A stretch of 64,000 nt of DNA, from assembly GCA_905178155.1 (NCBI GenBank), contig CAJINV010000001.1, forward strand, positions 13,971,265 through 14,035,264, read 5' to 3'. The DNA is from Amoebophrya sp. A120. Its lineage: Eukaryota; Protista; Dinoflagellata. A program made the translations under genes and the position numbers. Under the pieces are notes generated by a model. That model was not told the DNA's origin and made no database searches. It worked only from the letters and a program-made list of their open reading frames with translations. Shown in pieces: positions 24,034 through 37,330 of this stretch. The first letter of the stretch is position 1. The number at the start of each line of letters is the position of its first letter.

Positions 24034-25606
24034 GGTGTTCGTGTTGCGGATACGATTACGTGCGTGTGCTTTAAAATTGACTGAAAGAAACGGCAACAGA
24101 TTGTCGTGTCAGCGTATCTCTACATCAATGACAATGCGTAGATGAAAATGAAAATGGCGTTACTTCTTAATAAACTGCCAGTACTGGTGCCACACCCAAG
24201 AGACTCGGCGCTATCAAGTGAAAGTACACTACTTTGTGTGCCAGGTGACCTTATTCTTCGCAGATGTTTTCCACTGTACGAAGACACCTGCTTTTTTGAA
24301 ATTGATTCGCGAAGAGCTCTTGAATATGTCGTAACAAGATTTTCATCTTCACATACATGGTCGCGTCGGATCGGGATCGGCTGCAGGCATGATGGTGATC
24401 ATTACAGGGCATAAATGACTCCGACATCGACCATGATGAGCTCTGCATGATGTAGTTGTGTAGAGAAGCTCTTTGTGTTGATCTTGACCTACTGGCGTCC
24501 GCCTTTTTGTCTGATCCGATAGATTGTATGTAGCTGTAGGTTTTGAACAAGGTCGATCTCTGGTTCAATGAGATCGATTCTCTTTTTCTTTTTGATCATT
24601 ATGTGCCCGAATTTGCGAGGTGGTTCTCCATTCACACATTTCTAGATCGCTTCGGATCGGGATCTTCATCATCATCGCCATGCAATACGCTTTGCACACG
24701 TACTCGTACAAAGTAGAAGTGTATTTACTTGTCGATGTGCGTAAACATCAACTTGCCGCGGAGCAGAAATGAAATCCGCAGAACGTTTCATCTGGTGAAA
24801 TTTCAACGTTTCAAAGCTGAATAAATACCAAGGAAGTTGTGAACAAATGCATCATCATGAGTCCAGCGACGATTTCGCTGCCATCTTGCTCTGCACATCT
24901 GGCTGCGTTTTTTTTTTTTGGTACACCAATCGTACATCATCTCCGTCAATTATGCAAGGAAAAATGCTTTCCATCTCAGTGTTTCTTTTTTTTCTTCATT
25001 GCATCACCTCCACTGTGAGTGTTTCTTTTTTCCTGGGACCCAGGATTGAGAAAACAGTGACTATTTTCTAGAGAGACAAGAGTAAGCACAACTTCTATCA
25101 CCTTGTCATAAAATTGCAGCGATCTAGATTTTTGTCTTCTCATCATGCATACCATGGAGTGCATGCGCATACTGTTAAAAAAATCCGGACCGTTCAACGT
25201 CTGTCGCTTTCCAAATATTCACCGCGATAATGGCGGCATCGTAGAAAAAGCTAACTGACACAGCTATTGCATGCTGTGGATTTGTGTCTATGTAGTCGTG
25301 AAATCGTGGCAATTCCCTTGAAAGGCTTGCTTTCTCTTCACACTTCTAGAGTTACTGGAAAGCGAAGTGCAAGAAAAACCAAAAGGCCAAAGCCAAAAGC
25401 CTCAAGCTCCTAGGTCTCTCAAGAGGGTAGAACTGTACAAGTGCTTTCACACTTCGCGCCTTAACTCGAAAGCTTGCTTTTCGTACTGACAGTTCAACAC
25501 TGAATGGTACAACGAGAACGAACTCAGACTCAGAGGCACAAATGAACTTGGAAAGTGACCACTTTGATTAAACTCAATCCATGAGCCGGTCCATCACATG
25601 ATAGCG

Positions 25607-26563
25607 CTAGACTATGTCTATGTTGTCTTGCTGTCCTCGTGGTTCCTTCACCTTTGGCCGACCAGGACGACCAGGACGAGATGCTGCAGTAGATGACGGC
25701 CGACCAGGACGAGATGATGCACGTCGCCTCCGCGTCGGCGTCGCACCCTGCGACAGGCCCACTTCACTGACGCGTTGTAAAAACGGCTCCGCACCACTGG
25801 TCATGGTCCCTGAGGTATTTTGGGCCATTCCCATTGCACGCCCCGGCATCCGCAACTTTGGTTCTGGGGCTATACCGTTTCTTTCTCGCCCACACCCTGT
25901 AGCGCCGACATCAGGGTCCGTCGGCAAATTACTGAAAACCTCGTAGGCGGCATACACCGCCGCGCTGCCAACGACAGTACAGCAACAAAACAGGCCTGGC
26001 GTACACTTGCGGACCGGACGATTCCTCAAATAAGGATTAGGAGACGTGCAAATAAATTTTGCACCTGCATGGAAAGGGTCATTATTGTAGCTATCGCTAC
26101 TGGAGTTGGAACTGGAGCTCGAACTGCTACGGGGACTTCTTCCTGCCCCTGCGCGTGCTGCTGGTGTGCCTGCAGTAGTACCAAGTCCAGCGGCGTTCAG
26201 TGTTGCAGCCGTTAGCGCAGGCACAGCACCCGTGTGTGCGCGGCTGGAGCGAGCAGTAGCAGAGGAGTCAGCAGGGCAGGCGCATTCATGACCATGAGAA
26301 CAAGGAGCAGCAGCAGGAGCTCCATTATCTTGAGTTGCGGCACCAGAAGCATCATGTTGTTGGTGTTCGTCTTCGTGGTGCCGATGACCTGCCGGCTCCA
26401 TAGAATTTTCAGGTCCACGTCTTTCTCCATTCGTACTAGCTCCACCTCCTGCCCGAGCAACAGAAGCTTCAGCTTCCACGCCACCAAATGTAGCACCAGC
26501 AAAGCACTCCCCAGTGCTGCGAAGCAGACCCAACAAGAAGAAGTTTCTGACAGGAAGTACCAT
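25607..26563 (-). CDS. Hypothetical secreted/membrane protein, 318 aa
   Basis: ATG-initiated intronless ORF with hydrophobic N-terminus, an internal hydrophobic stretch (GLFCCCTVVGSAAVYAAYEVF) and SRPGRP repeats; no family recognised. Confidence 0.6.
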   Translation of the reverse strand: MVLPVRNFFLLGLLRSTGECFAGATFGGVEAEASVARAGGGASTNGERRGPENSMEPAGHRHHEDEHQQHDASGAATQDNGAPAAAPCSHGHECACPADSSATARSSRAHTGAVPALTAATLNAAGLGTTAGTPAARAGAGRSPRSSSSSSSNSSSDSYNNDPFHAGAKFICTSPNPYLRNRPVRKCTPGLFCCCTVVGSAAVYAAYEVFSNLPTDPDVGATGCGRERNGIAPEPKLRMPGRAMGMAQNTSGTMTSGAEPFLQRVSEVGLSQGATPTRRRRASSRPGRPSSTAASRPGRPGRPKVKEPRGQQDNIDIV

Positions 26564-28004
26564 GATTGATGATGATCAAATACACCCGCTATGATGCTAC
26601 TCAAGAAAGTCAAGGAAGAAGTATACAACGGACTAGAAAAATCATACAAATCCGACTTAATTTAAGCGAAGATAAACGGCTATGTTACTCGTAGGTGGCA
26701 CTTCACTTGAAGTTGAAAATAGAAGAGCTGTTACAGTCAGTTTGGATTCTCTATCTTGCTTTACTTGCTTCCGCTTCGTGTTTGTGTTGAAATTAAAGAG
26801 GATGTTCGTGTCTGTTAGCTGTTTTTAGTGATGCTTGTTCTTCCTTGATATCAATCGTTAGCCTCCTACAACTTTGTCGGAGAAGCTGAAACCTGTGAAA
26901 TCGATTGGGTTTGGGATTGCTGGTTTACGATGTGTTACGCATGATACCGCGGCTCCCGCTTACCCAAAAGGACAAACCGAAACATTGTCATCTGGGATCT
27001 CTAGTAGAACATACTGCGAGAATTGTGAACCAACTACACATTTCGGTTTGTTTCAGTTTCTTGTTGATCGCTGTTGAACGTAGTCAGATCTGTACTTTGA
27101 TGTCCTCGGACTAATCTGTCACACCGATTCAAGGGCCGCAAACCACACGCAAAGCGCGTGTGCACGTTTTTTGTTTCTGCCAGACCGAAAGTGTAACCCT
27201 ATTTCGGATGATCGCAGGACAGCATTTGTCTTGTCAATAAATTGTGAGTGTCTACTGGTATTGATCATGTGCATTCGCGTTTTTCACGATGTAGTTCTCC
27301 ATCTTCGTGTTCGAATCGATTTTCTTTGATGTTTTGCGGACAAAATTTTCCCTAATTGACCGCTCAACCAGAACCACGAGTATAAGCATAACAACGACTC
27401 GGACCACCGCTACATCGTCTGATCTTGGTTATTTTTCTGACAATCGAGTTGTCCTGAGTTGATTTTCGTATGTGCTTGCCGATTCTCCATCCCATCACAG
27501 CATGAGGATAGACACACGAGGAAGACAAAGAAACCTCTTTCGTTTTTTCCATAATTGTGTACTTATACATAATGTCATCATCTTCGTCTGACACACTCAG
27601 AGAAGTCAGCGCGAAGAACACGGGTTAAGTTTAGCAAGCTTCTGCCACTGCTCAAAGTTTATGCGACTCCGCGTCTGCAGATGCGCATGCGGCTTTACTT
27701 ACTTGCTGTCGTGATTCCTGTAATCGGTACCGGGCGTACGCGTAGTTCTGTCCCTGAGTCTGTCGTGTGACAAGTTCAAACACATTAATTTTCCTGAGGC
27801 GCCGCAAAGGCGGCCGCCTCATGAATCCTTCATGATCCCCGCAGCCTTTGTCACCAGCGAAAAGTATGGCCTTCTGTCGTGCGCCGGTGTCCATCAGTTA
27901 AGTTATGATGTGCAGGTGGTGCGTAAAAGTTTTACCTCCTAGCCCTAGCCCCTAGTAGGCCGCGCCACTTGCCGGTATTGCTTTTCCCGAGGGCCGCACC
28001 AGGA

Positions 28005-28499
28005 TCACTTCCCTGTCGGACCAGAAGCTGCTTTATTCGGTGGTGTCGTGGGTGCTCTGTTTCCTCCGCGCGGTGTGAGAACGACGTTTTGCGTCATCTG
28101 GGCGTTTTTTCGCTTGTTTTCCTCCAGGACTCGCTGGCGCTCGATCTCGCCCTCCGACATGTCTTCGTCGTCGTCACTCTCCTCCTCGTCCTGCATCATA
28201 CCCCGGGCCATCATCTCCTTGATTTTCATCCCTTCATTGTAGTGCTTTTTTCTCGCGTCCAAAAAATCTTGCTTCTTTTTCTCCTCCTCCGTTTGCTCCA
28301 GGCTCAACGCGTTCAGCTTCGCCGCCAGCTGGTCAGTCTGTAGCGGAGCGTGCGACGTCGTCATGCTGGAGGACGAGGAGCTCCTGCCCTGGGGGGGCGC
28401 GTGGTACGGGGTTTTCGGTTCGTCAATTTTCATTCGGGTGCCGCGATCCTTGTCGTGCTCCGCGATGGTGTGCTCGTCCCATTTCACGCGGTCCGTCAT
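28005..28499 (-). CDS. PPP1R2: Protein phosphatase 1 inhibitor-2 (IPP-2 family)
   Basis: RVKWDE, MKIDEPKTPY and FLDARKKHYNEG motifs. Confidence 0.92.
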   Translation of the reverse strand: MTDRVKWDEHTIAEHDKDRGTRMKIDEPKTPYHAPPQGRSSSSSSMTTSHAPLQTDQLAAKLNALSLEQTEEEKKKQDFLDARKKHYNEGMKIKEMMARGMMQDEEESDDDEDMSEGEIERQRVLEENKRKNAQMTQNVVLTPRGGNRAPTTPPNKAASGPTGK

Positions 28500-29358
28500 G
28501 TTATAGTGTCGTGAAAAATTATAGCCCCAGAAGGTAAATCTAAATCTAAACCAAGAAAGGGCCCATAGGGCGGCAGCAGAGACAAAAAGGACAGAACTAC
28601 AACATCAAAAAAATAGGTCTTTATGGGCGGGAAGGGGATTTAAGTATGATATGAAGCTGATGGTGTGGTGTCCTCGTAATTCTAAAAAAATGAATTTCGT
28701 TACTACTTGCTGACATTGGAGGGAGGTTCCTGCGAGAAAAGGTTCAAGTGTACGACAGTATTGTTTTGTTGCACGTGAGAGAGCATCTCTTTGCTGATCT
28801 TTGCAAAACGGATCCAAATTTTTTCCCTTCTGTTGAATGGACACCATTTATTCCATCTCGGTGCGAAAGCGAATGCGATAGCGATTCTACGATCGTTTAG
28901 GATATCGCCGGTGTTACGACCAGACGACATCCATCTTGTAGATCACAACACGCTCATCCGCAACCACAACCAGGAGAACGACGCCAAAATTAGCTGGGTT
29001 CGTCCGCTCGACGCTCGTATGGTCATGGTCTTCCATGTTGCAGTAAAATCACAAGCGAACGCCTTGCAACATGTTCAGTTCATGTATCTAGGAAGTGCAT
29101 GTGCATCCATCACTATCTCATGACATAGTTGGTGGCGTGGCCAGCAGATCTTTGTTCATAGTCAAGCTCCCGCTGAGATCCTTTTCTTGGAAAGCAACCA
29201 GGAGAACAAGGGAGGCGAAGAGGATCGCGGCCCTTCTGTGCCATGCATGTTCGTACTGTCCCTGTGTCATAGTGGACGTGGAGGTCTGAGAGAAGATCTA
29301 CAACAGTGTCCTCACCAGCTACGACCCCCGCGCCCGCGGCTGGGTCTCTCACATACTC

Positions 29359-31496
29359 TCATCCCGCATCAGGTTTGCGCTTTGCTTTTGCTGCCTTCAA
29401 CCGTTCCAGCTTCTCCTTGACAGTTTCTCCGTCTCTCGAAGCACTTCTGCCGGCTGGTGGCGGCCCCCCTGAAGGTGCCCGTGGATTGCTCGCGGTGCGT
29501 GACGCCCCGTTGGTTGTTCCCGCGGCGTTGCTCCCGCTTGCGCGCCCGCGCGCTGGCGCAGCGGAAGACGCGGCGGAGGCTTGCTCCGCTGCGCCTGCGG
29601 CGCTCTGTCCAGGAACACCCACAGAAGTCCCAGACGCAGGCCTTTCGGCCAGATTGCGAAAGAAATCAGCACGGGAATCACGAGAATTTGCTCGGACTTG
29701 TGACGAAGAACTACCTCCTTGGTTGTTCGAAGAGCCACCTGCTCCCCGATTCGCGCCCGTTGCGGAGCTGCTGCTTGCAGGCATTGCGGCGGAGGACGTC
29801 GTCCCGTAACTCGTGGCCTCTAGCTGACTTCCGTCTTTCCGCGAGGCCATGTCTCGCATCGTTCGCGCCAGGAACGCGTTGGCCGGCTCGGCGCGTAAGA
29901 CCGGCGGCAGCTGTTTGTCCGCCTGCGGAAAAAGAGCTGGCAACCGCTGCACCAACTCGCTGAACGGCCGTGCAAACTGGGCCGCGACGGTGTCGGCGGC
30001 ATCGTCCAGAAGACGCTGCTCGTCATCATAGCCGGCGGGGACAAGAATTTCATCGACTGATGTCGCGTCTACGGCCCCTTCGAACCTGGATCATAGTTGT
30101 AGTTTTCGAACTGCTGGAAACATCGAAAAAGGCAGAGTGCGTCATTGTTTTAGAGAAGAATCTTTCGCGAAAAAGAAGGATCTTGAGCACCTTGCCTTTA
30201 TATAGTCTTAGCATCTGAAGGAAATGCTGTTGCTGGCACTATCTGTGCAGAGGACGTTTCAGAAAAAAAATTGAGTGTAATCATTACTTCGTGTCGAAGA
30301 GGCGGTGGCCGATGTAGTCGTACAGCAGTGACGTGTTCTTTCGCTTTGCGACTTGGTGAAAGAAAAGCGACCCCCCGCACGCCAACATCGTTTTCCGTAA
30401 GTACAATGGCACAGCGTCCATCCAGCCGACGCACGATTTTTCCTTTGCAATGCCGGCCGCTAGGTCCGCTCGGCACACGACAAAAATCACGGGTATGCCG
30501 AGGTTGCGCGTCAGCGTCTCCAGCGCAGCTTTGCCTGTGTCTCGCCCGTTCGAGTTCTCGGCACCATTCTTGTCCTGCCTCTCGTTGCCGCTGCTTTCGC
30601 CGGTTACCTGGGCTTTTGCTCGCATGGCGCTTGTCGCGTCTGTGTCGCGAGCGTCCGCTGCAGTATCCGCAGACGAAGGACCAGTGCGGTATTTTGCGTA
30701 GGCTTTTTGAAGAAAGGTCTCCACGTTGCGCATGCCTTCCTCGGCAGAATCGGTTGACGCTACGCTTTGCAATACACCTTTGAGGACTGCAAGCTGCGAC
30801 TCGACCTGAGAAGAGCATTCAAGGGGTAGGTTACGCGCATGTTGCGAAACCCAAAAACTACTCCTGTTTCGCGTAGTTGCACTTCTTACTTTGCATGTAG
30901 AGGACATCAGCGAGGAGGATACAATTTGCTAAATTCATTGTGCGAGGACATCCCGTAAAACAAACGCCCAGAAGAACCTGTTCCATTAGCCCCCAGGGCT
31001 CCTCCAAATTTAGGCAAATCACAGCACAGAGTTTGCGCAGGTCCGAGACGTTTCGCCTGCGAAGCTGGGCCAGAAGGACTTCCTTGCGGGTCGGATCCGC
31101 CAAGAGCCAAACCGCGGCGTGGCCCCCTGCGTTTTTCCATTGCAAGTACGCGTAGTCGACGACCGAAGTTGCATCCAGGCGGTCCTCGGGAGGAAAGTCC
31201 GCAAGTTGATCCACTAAGTCCGCTGCGACTGCGGCCTCCCCGAGAATCAGCAGATCCGCATCTTGTCGGCGCAGTCTCTGGGCATTTTGCGCCTCGGCTA
31301 AGATGCTGCCCCACAAGGACGCGGATGCTGCCGTGGTGGAATTACTGTCCCCGGCGGCAACGGCTTTTGATGTGTCCCCAGCGGAATCGGGCATAGACTT
31401 CGATGACGTGCCTCTTGTCGTTGTGGCTGCTGCAATCTGTGGCGGTCGCCCCCGCGTGTTCGCAGTACGAGAAGAACTTCCGGAACGCGTAGCCAT
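29359..31496 (-). CDS. Cytoplasmic dynein light intermediate chain (DLIC family), 3 exons
   Basis: LWGSILAE, AVICLNLEEPW, NLGIPVIFVVCRAD, YLRKTMLACGGSLFF, NTSLLYDYIGHRLF, EILVPAGYD; GT-AG introns at ~30977-30807 and ~30287-30087. Confidence 0.88.
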
Positions 31497-32579
31497 GTTT
31501 GTATGCCATCAGCTTTCAGTGTTGCGCTTGGACAATAAACTGAAACTCAAATAAACATGAGCATTGTTCTTCACATCTGCACCGGCTTCTTCAGAACAGC
31601 TTACCGTGACGTCACTTCGGGTGTATCTATCGTTACATCAGTGCAAAAGATATTTTCAAGGGACTTCGCACACAAGTTGACAGGTCATTCGAGACCGTGT
31701 CGACGGGGATTTTTTTTCAGGAACAAATCAATGACGAGGATGATTATTACAGCAGCAACACGAACACCAGACCGAACCTGGGACGGATAATCAATCTCAA
31801 TGAGTTAACGGATCCGGATCGCATGTTGTAATAAATACGAGAGCTGCGCGTGCACTGAAGACGAAGTGGCTGGCCCTGGAACACTCGCGAGTGGCGTTGA
31901 AACGACACCGATATGCGACGACGCGAGGCACCCGAGGCGCTCCACCAGTAGAAGCTCTGGCGCATCGTTGTGGTGAGATGTTTTGTATTTTTTGCATGCG
32001 GAAAAAGGGAAAATCACAATCAGCGCTTCGAAAAAAAAAACAGCTCGTCATAACTCGAAGTCCTCGACCTCCAAGAACAAGTAAACCGCAAATAATACAT
32101 AGCATATCAAGTTGACGTCTCAGCTGACGAGCTAGTTTTCGTTTCCTCAGAAACATAAGTAAGTTGGATATGGATACATAGAAAAAAAGCTCTCCTACGT
32201 GGAATGCAGCCTTTCGGCGCGTTATTTGTTCTTGTTCATCTGACAACTAGAACTACCGAGAAAGAACATTTTGAAAAAAGACAACGACTAGTCTGAGCAT
32301 TTCCTCCGTGTCTGGGGCTTCAACTCGGGCACTAGCTTGCTTGTGACAAGAGGGAAGGGAAAGCTACTCAGTGCCAGAAGTATTTTCGTGAGATCGGCTG
32401 CGGAATGGAGACTTCTGACCGCGGTCGTGTAATATCGCTGCAAATGCCGACGTCAGGCGATCCGTTGCCGTTGTCTTGTCGTTTTACATTTCCGTCGATA
32501 GGCCGTGCGAGGCGTCGCGACGCGAAAAGATGTACTGCTGCAGCTCCTTGATGTCGTCCGGAAGCTCCGGGAATTTCGT

Positions 32580-33404
32580 CTATGCATAGAGAGTCGCTCC
32601 GTCGCCAGCAAACGCAAGACAGGACTTTGTAGTAGCGCCCTTTACTTGTGGTATTGGGCGCTGTTCTTGATCATGTTCATTTTGCGATACTTGCATGCAT
32701 GCGCCATACTTTACATTTACACATGCAGGCTTGGTCAGAGAGCAGCTCGCTCCCAGCATTAACGAAAAGCGCAAATTGGAAAACTGGGAAAAGAGCGGCA
32801 ACGACAAGCGTGACACGAAGCGCCACGCCTCGTAGTAATCTATTACCTTGCTCAATGAAGGCGGGGACTTCTACAATCATGGTCATAGGTTCACGAGGAA
32901 CACCGCAAACATGTAGCACCGGTCCGCCGCCACGGTTTCCTCCGGCAACTCGGACCACCACGGGAGATTCTTCGCGGCCGCCTCCAGATCCTCACCGTAC
33001 CACTTGAGGGAGATGAATGCTTGGACAACCGCTTCTTGTTGCGGCATCGGGTGACGGAGGACATTGTCGATCATCCGGATAAAGTCAGCGGGATCACCGC
33101 CGAAACAGGCCAGCTCATCTTCTGTTTTCGTGCCGGGGTCTTTTCCGTTTCTTCGGAGTCTATTGGTTTCGTGCCGCGTGTTGTTGTCTCGGATGATGAG
33201 CGCCACCTTTTCCCAGGTGGCAGCCGGTGCCAAATCTTTCGGATTGGCGAGCATATCGGGCCTGTATTCGGCTAAGTCGCTGCTCGGTCGTCGTTGTCGT
33301 AAGGAAGAGGATGCGGTTGCAGATGTGCTGCTATCTTCTTCTCGCGGCAAGCTCCCGTTTCTGAAAGGCGGCTTCGTTAGATTGCTGTACTTCGTAAATT
33401 TCAT
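32580..33404 (-). CDS. Hypothetical protein, possibly disrupted
   Basis: ATG ORF 33404-32883 looks protein-like; the same frame resumes (32855-32580) after three close stops. Confidence 0.35.
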
Positions 33405-34755
33405 GTCTATCCAATTTTGGAGCTCGCTGTAAAAGGGAGAAGGAGCTGCTCGCTATCGCTTCTTGTTTCTTCTCAGCTATCGTTTTGCATTCTAAAAAAT
33501 CGCATTTTGTGTACTGTGATGTGGTGACAAACTAGCACTGCAATAAACTTCAAGAACTTACTGTGTTTCTGAAGCAAAAGTGACCTCCTCCTCCTTCATC
33601 TCATATTTCTTAGTATGTCTTTGTCCGAAACTGAAGTAAAAGATGAAGCATGGTTTTCACGACGGAAGGATGACCACTTTTGTAAGCACGCCTGCAAGAA
33701 GATGAAGGTGACACTGATGACAAAGATTGCAGCTGTGCTAGATTTTGAAAATTAAGCGAGCACTCCATCACAGGATATTTTTCGTCCTTCCAGTTCTTCC
33801 CGTCTTCGTTTAGCCACTGCACCAAATTCATGAGCGACGCTCCGACGGCGTGTTGCCTTGATTGCTGCAATAATTCGATCCTTCGACTCTTCGTCGGCGT
33901 ATCCTCCATCTCCGCATAATTCAACGAAGACAACATCTTTTTTTGGCTGCGGCGAATACGCGAAGCGAATTTTCTATCAAGTGCAATAACAAACCAAGAC
34001 GAAATAAAAAAAGTAAGCAGACCGACGACACAACGCGTTTTTTCAAAACAAGCTTTATCTCTTGTACTCAAGCTCGTTGGGTGCTCAGTAGGCTAGGGAC
34101 GGACATTGAAGTACCAGAAGACATTCTCATACTCTCTCGGAAAAGTACTACATTCAAGAAACCTATGCAGATGCACATCGGCAGAGAGAGAAAGAGTCTC
34201 ACTGCGGATCCGGAACTCACAGACAGAGTGTGGGCACATCTTCGAGGGCGGAACATTATCAGAAGCAAGACGCAGTCGTCGCGCGCGTCGCACCTTTCAT
34301 CCAGGTGCGTCCGCATTTTCGCCGCCCGCGCAGCAAAAAGAAACGAGCTCAGTGTTCAAACAAGAGGGTGTTTATTCAAGTACAAGTAGCGCACCCTACA
34401 AAGCATACTTAAATGTGCAGAATCAGAACGAAAGCAGTTGCCAGCAGACAACAGGCAAAGTGTCTGCAAAAACTGCGACAAGAGTGCAACGATTGGGCGG
34501 CTACGTCGGTCGCGACTGAAATGCCGCGCGCCGTGCTCCGTCACTTCATGATGCACTCGACAATTCTCCGGCGCTTCGCGGAATCCGGTCCGTCTTAAGT
34601 TGATCATTCACGTCAGTGTCTGTCCTTGTTCAATCCCGCCCTCGAGGATTGCATGCGCGAGTGACGGACACAGTAGACAAAGCAGAGCAAGTAAACTCCC
34701 CCTGAGAGGGTACTTATAGATACTTCCCGACGCTCGCGCTCCTGCTAGTAACCGC

Positions 34756-36783
34756 TCATGCTCTCCGCATGCGTTGGAAATCACCCGAGGAGGATCCCTC
34801 CTCCTGCCGTCCGGATGACCTGGAAGGTCCTTGAAGCAGGTACGAAACATCCTCGATAAACTGTGGGAAATGGTGCTCGAGGGCGCAGTAGAACAGCACG
34901 GCCTTGCGGTCGGGGTACGATTTGACGATCCAGAAAAGAAAACTCCTTTCGAGGTGCTCGAAGTAGTCATCCAGCGTTTCTTCTGGCACATCCGGAATGT
35001 CGGACCCCACAAGCAACATGCCGAGGACATCAGCCACGAACATCAGCAGCCCGAAGACGTTCTCTTCGTAAGCTGCAGAGAAAAAAGGCCGAGGGAGGTA
35101 CTCACACCCTTTCCAATTTTGATACAGGCTGTATCGCTGTGGGTGCATCTGCACGATGGGGCGAAGACGGGTAGGAGCATGCGCAGCTTGGTCTCGAGCC
35201 GTGTCGTCCTGAACACCACCTCCCTGTCCGCCCAGACGACTGGGCGATCGTGCAATTTCAGCTGGCGGAAAGCGAGGGTCCGCTAGCTCTTCGGAAGCGC
35301 TGAGGCGGTCATAAATTTTGTGCCGAAGCGTCAGAATCCGAATTGAAGCAAAGAAGCGCGATTGAACAGGACCGTCTCTCTTTCCCTCTTGCGCTGCTGA
35401 TCGCAAAACCTGAAACGCGCGGCGAGCGTCGATGCTGGGCGTGTGTCCGCGTTGGCACAATTCGCCTAGCTTGAAACGAAACAAATCATGCGGCGTCCAC
35501 CCATCGCGGTTCATCCAATCAATAGACTCAGGTTCGCGCTGGAGGTGTGCCCGGACGCTTTCTGTGATAGGTTCGGAAAGATGTTGCAGCGTATTCGTAT
35601 CTGACGGTATGAACGTATTCGTGGACTCAACATTCTGCATATCACTTTGAGATGAAGCTGTCAGCTGCTCCGGGTTCAGAGAATCCACATATGCATGCAG
35701 AGCTGTGTAGCCGGTGCCGGGAGCAACATGAAAGCGAGGTTCTTGCCAACGGTGCAGAAGGATTTGCTGCAGGCGGCGAAGAGACTCTGTGTTGCTAAAG
35801 CGGCGCGCGTGTCCGGACCCTGGCGCTGGGGTCACGCGTTCTTTCGCGTTCTCCAAGACGAGTCGCGCAGCGCATTCCGCCAGGTCTTCGCCACCTTGCA
35901 AAGCACAATGAAGGCTGTGATGTGAAAGTTTACACACGAAAACTCGCTCTGATTGCAGCCAATATAAAAAGCGCAGCAAACCGGCCGGGCTCATTGGGTG
36001 AGGTCGGTTCGGAGGTGCATCGTGAATTAGCCACGTGTCCAACACTTTTTCGCGCAGTGCTTGTGGCATGTCAGAAGACCACTGATTCCAGTGCGCCGCA
36101 ACACGGTTAACGAAGCATTGCCAAGCGGTCGAGTAGGCAGTTCGCGTGCCTAGCGGCTCTGCGAGGTCTCGCAGCACCGACGCAATAGGCAGGACCATAC
36201 TGCCGCTGCCATCCGGGTCCGGCAACATATTCGCTAACTGGCCGTCTTCGCGAACCACCGCTAGCCCTGGAGGCCCTGGGCCAGCGGCTTGAAAATTTTC
36301 AGGATGCGAGCCTTCATCTGCTCCAGTGGGCGGCGGCGGACGAGGACCCTCACTCAAAATGCCCGGGAACCGGATGGCCTCACCAGATTGTAAGTGGGCA
36401 ACGTCAACATCTGCGATGACGTGCGGCTCTGGCGAGTTCACAATGTCCATCGGCTGGGAGTCCTGGACGGGGGAAAAAGCACCAGACTGCGACGACTGGA
36501 ATTCCTGCTGTGACTGTGAGCAAGGGGCTTGAGTGCTGACTTGACTTTCGTGAAAAACACTTTCCCCACAGCTGAGTCTACTAGTTGTACCTGCTGTTGC
36601 AGCAGCGTCGTCTGGCCCTGGGGCACTATTCCAAGGAGGATTCATGGCGCCGTCTGGCCCTGGGGCACTATTCCAAAGAGGAAATGCAGGAAACGACGAG
36701 CCTCGGTTCGCGTTCGGTCCAGCTGTTTGCCCCGAACCTCCAGACTGACAATCACTGTCCATGTTGTTTTTGGTAAGTGCCAC
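34756..36783 (-). CDS. Hypothetical protein, ~670 aa, intronless
   Basis: Long ORF with a low-complexity N-terminus and helical-looking C-terminal half; no family recognised. Confidence 0.65.
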   Translation of the reverse strand: MALTKNNMDSDCQSGGSGQTAGPNANRGSSFPAFPLWNSAPGPDGAMNPPWNSAPGPDDAAATAGTTSRLSCGESVFHESQVSTQAPCSQSQQEFQSSQSGAFSPVQDSQPMDIVNSPEPHVIADVDVAHLQSGEAIRFPGILSEGPRPPPPTGADEGSHPENFQAAGPGPPGLAVVREDGQLANMLPDPDGSGSMVLPIASVLRDLAEPLGTRTAYSTAWQCFVNRVAAHWNQWSSDMPQALREKVLDTWLIHDAPPNRPHPMSPAGLLRFLYWLQSERVFVCKLSHHSLHCALQGGEDLAECAARLVLENAKERVTPAPGSGHARRFSNTESLRRLQQILLHRWQEPRFHVAPGTGYTALHAYVDSLNPEQLTASSQSDMQNVESTNTFIPSDTNTLQHLSEPITESVRAHLQREPESIDWMNRDGWTPHDLFRFKLGELCQRGHTPSIDARRAFQVLRSAAQEGKRDGPVQSRFFASIRILTLRHKIYDRLSASEELADPRFPPAEIARSPSRLGGQGGGVQDDTARDQAAHAPTRLRPIVQMHPQRYSLYQNWKGCEYLPRPFFSAAYEENVFGLLMFVADVLGMLLVGSDIPDVPEETLDDYFEHLERSFLFWIVKSYPDRKAVLFYCALEHHFPQFIEDVSYLLQGPSRSSGRQEEGSSSGDFQRMRRA
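36609..36677. repeat. Two copies of CGTCTGGCCCTGGGGCACTATTCCAA, 42-bp period (WNSAPGPD x2)
   Basis: Seen directly; in frame within the 34756-36783 ORF. Confidence 0.9.
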
Positions 36784-37330
36784 AGCTGTTCACAGAGATC
36801 TACTTCGATCGCTGCGGACTTTACTTAAGTACTATGCTAGTACGACCATCCGCGTCAGTTTTACGTCTTGATGCGGAAAAACATGGTGGATGTATAAAGC
36901 AGCACACTGCAACAAGACCGACTACAACGTGTCGAGCCAGCTTGCAGCGTCCGGGAACATCACCATAAGGCCTCATCTTCTGCCCGCTAATTCTATGCGG
37001 CAGCTATTAGCCTTCGCCTTGACGTTCTGATCTGTTCTTGTCTGACTGTTGATATAATATCTTCCATGTGCAAAAAAAAGACTGCTTGGCGCTTTTCAGG
37101 CCAGATCTGTTCATTTGTCATCGGTCATGCGATGAGTCTGATTTTTGCGTAGATTATTCCATCCATCCTTTCCTTTCTATGAAACTAGCCTTTGCGCTTC
37201 TTAGGAAAGTGTAAGCTTTTGCGTATTTGCGTATACTAAAATCGAAGAAGATCTTCACGAAGACCTAGCCTCGTCAGTTTTTAGTCTAGAAAAAGAACTC
37301 GTCGAGAAATCTTCAGCGAACTACCGTTAC

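Noticed and set aside
31487-31500. CGTAGCCATGTTT resembling a dinoflagellate spliced-leader relic
   Set aside because: Short partial match on the wrong strand; it is the reverse complement of the DLIC start codon region.
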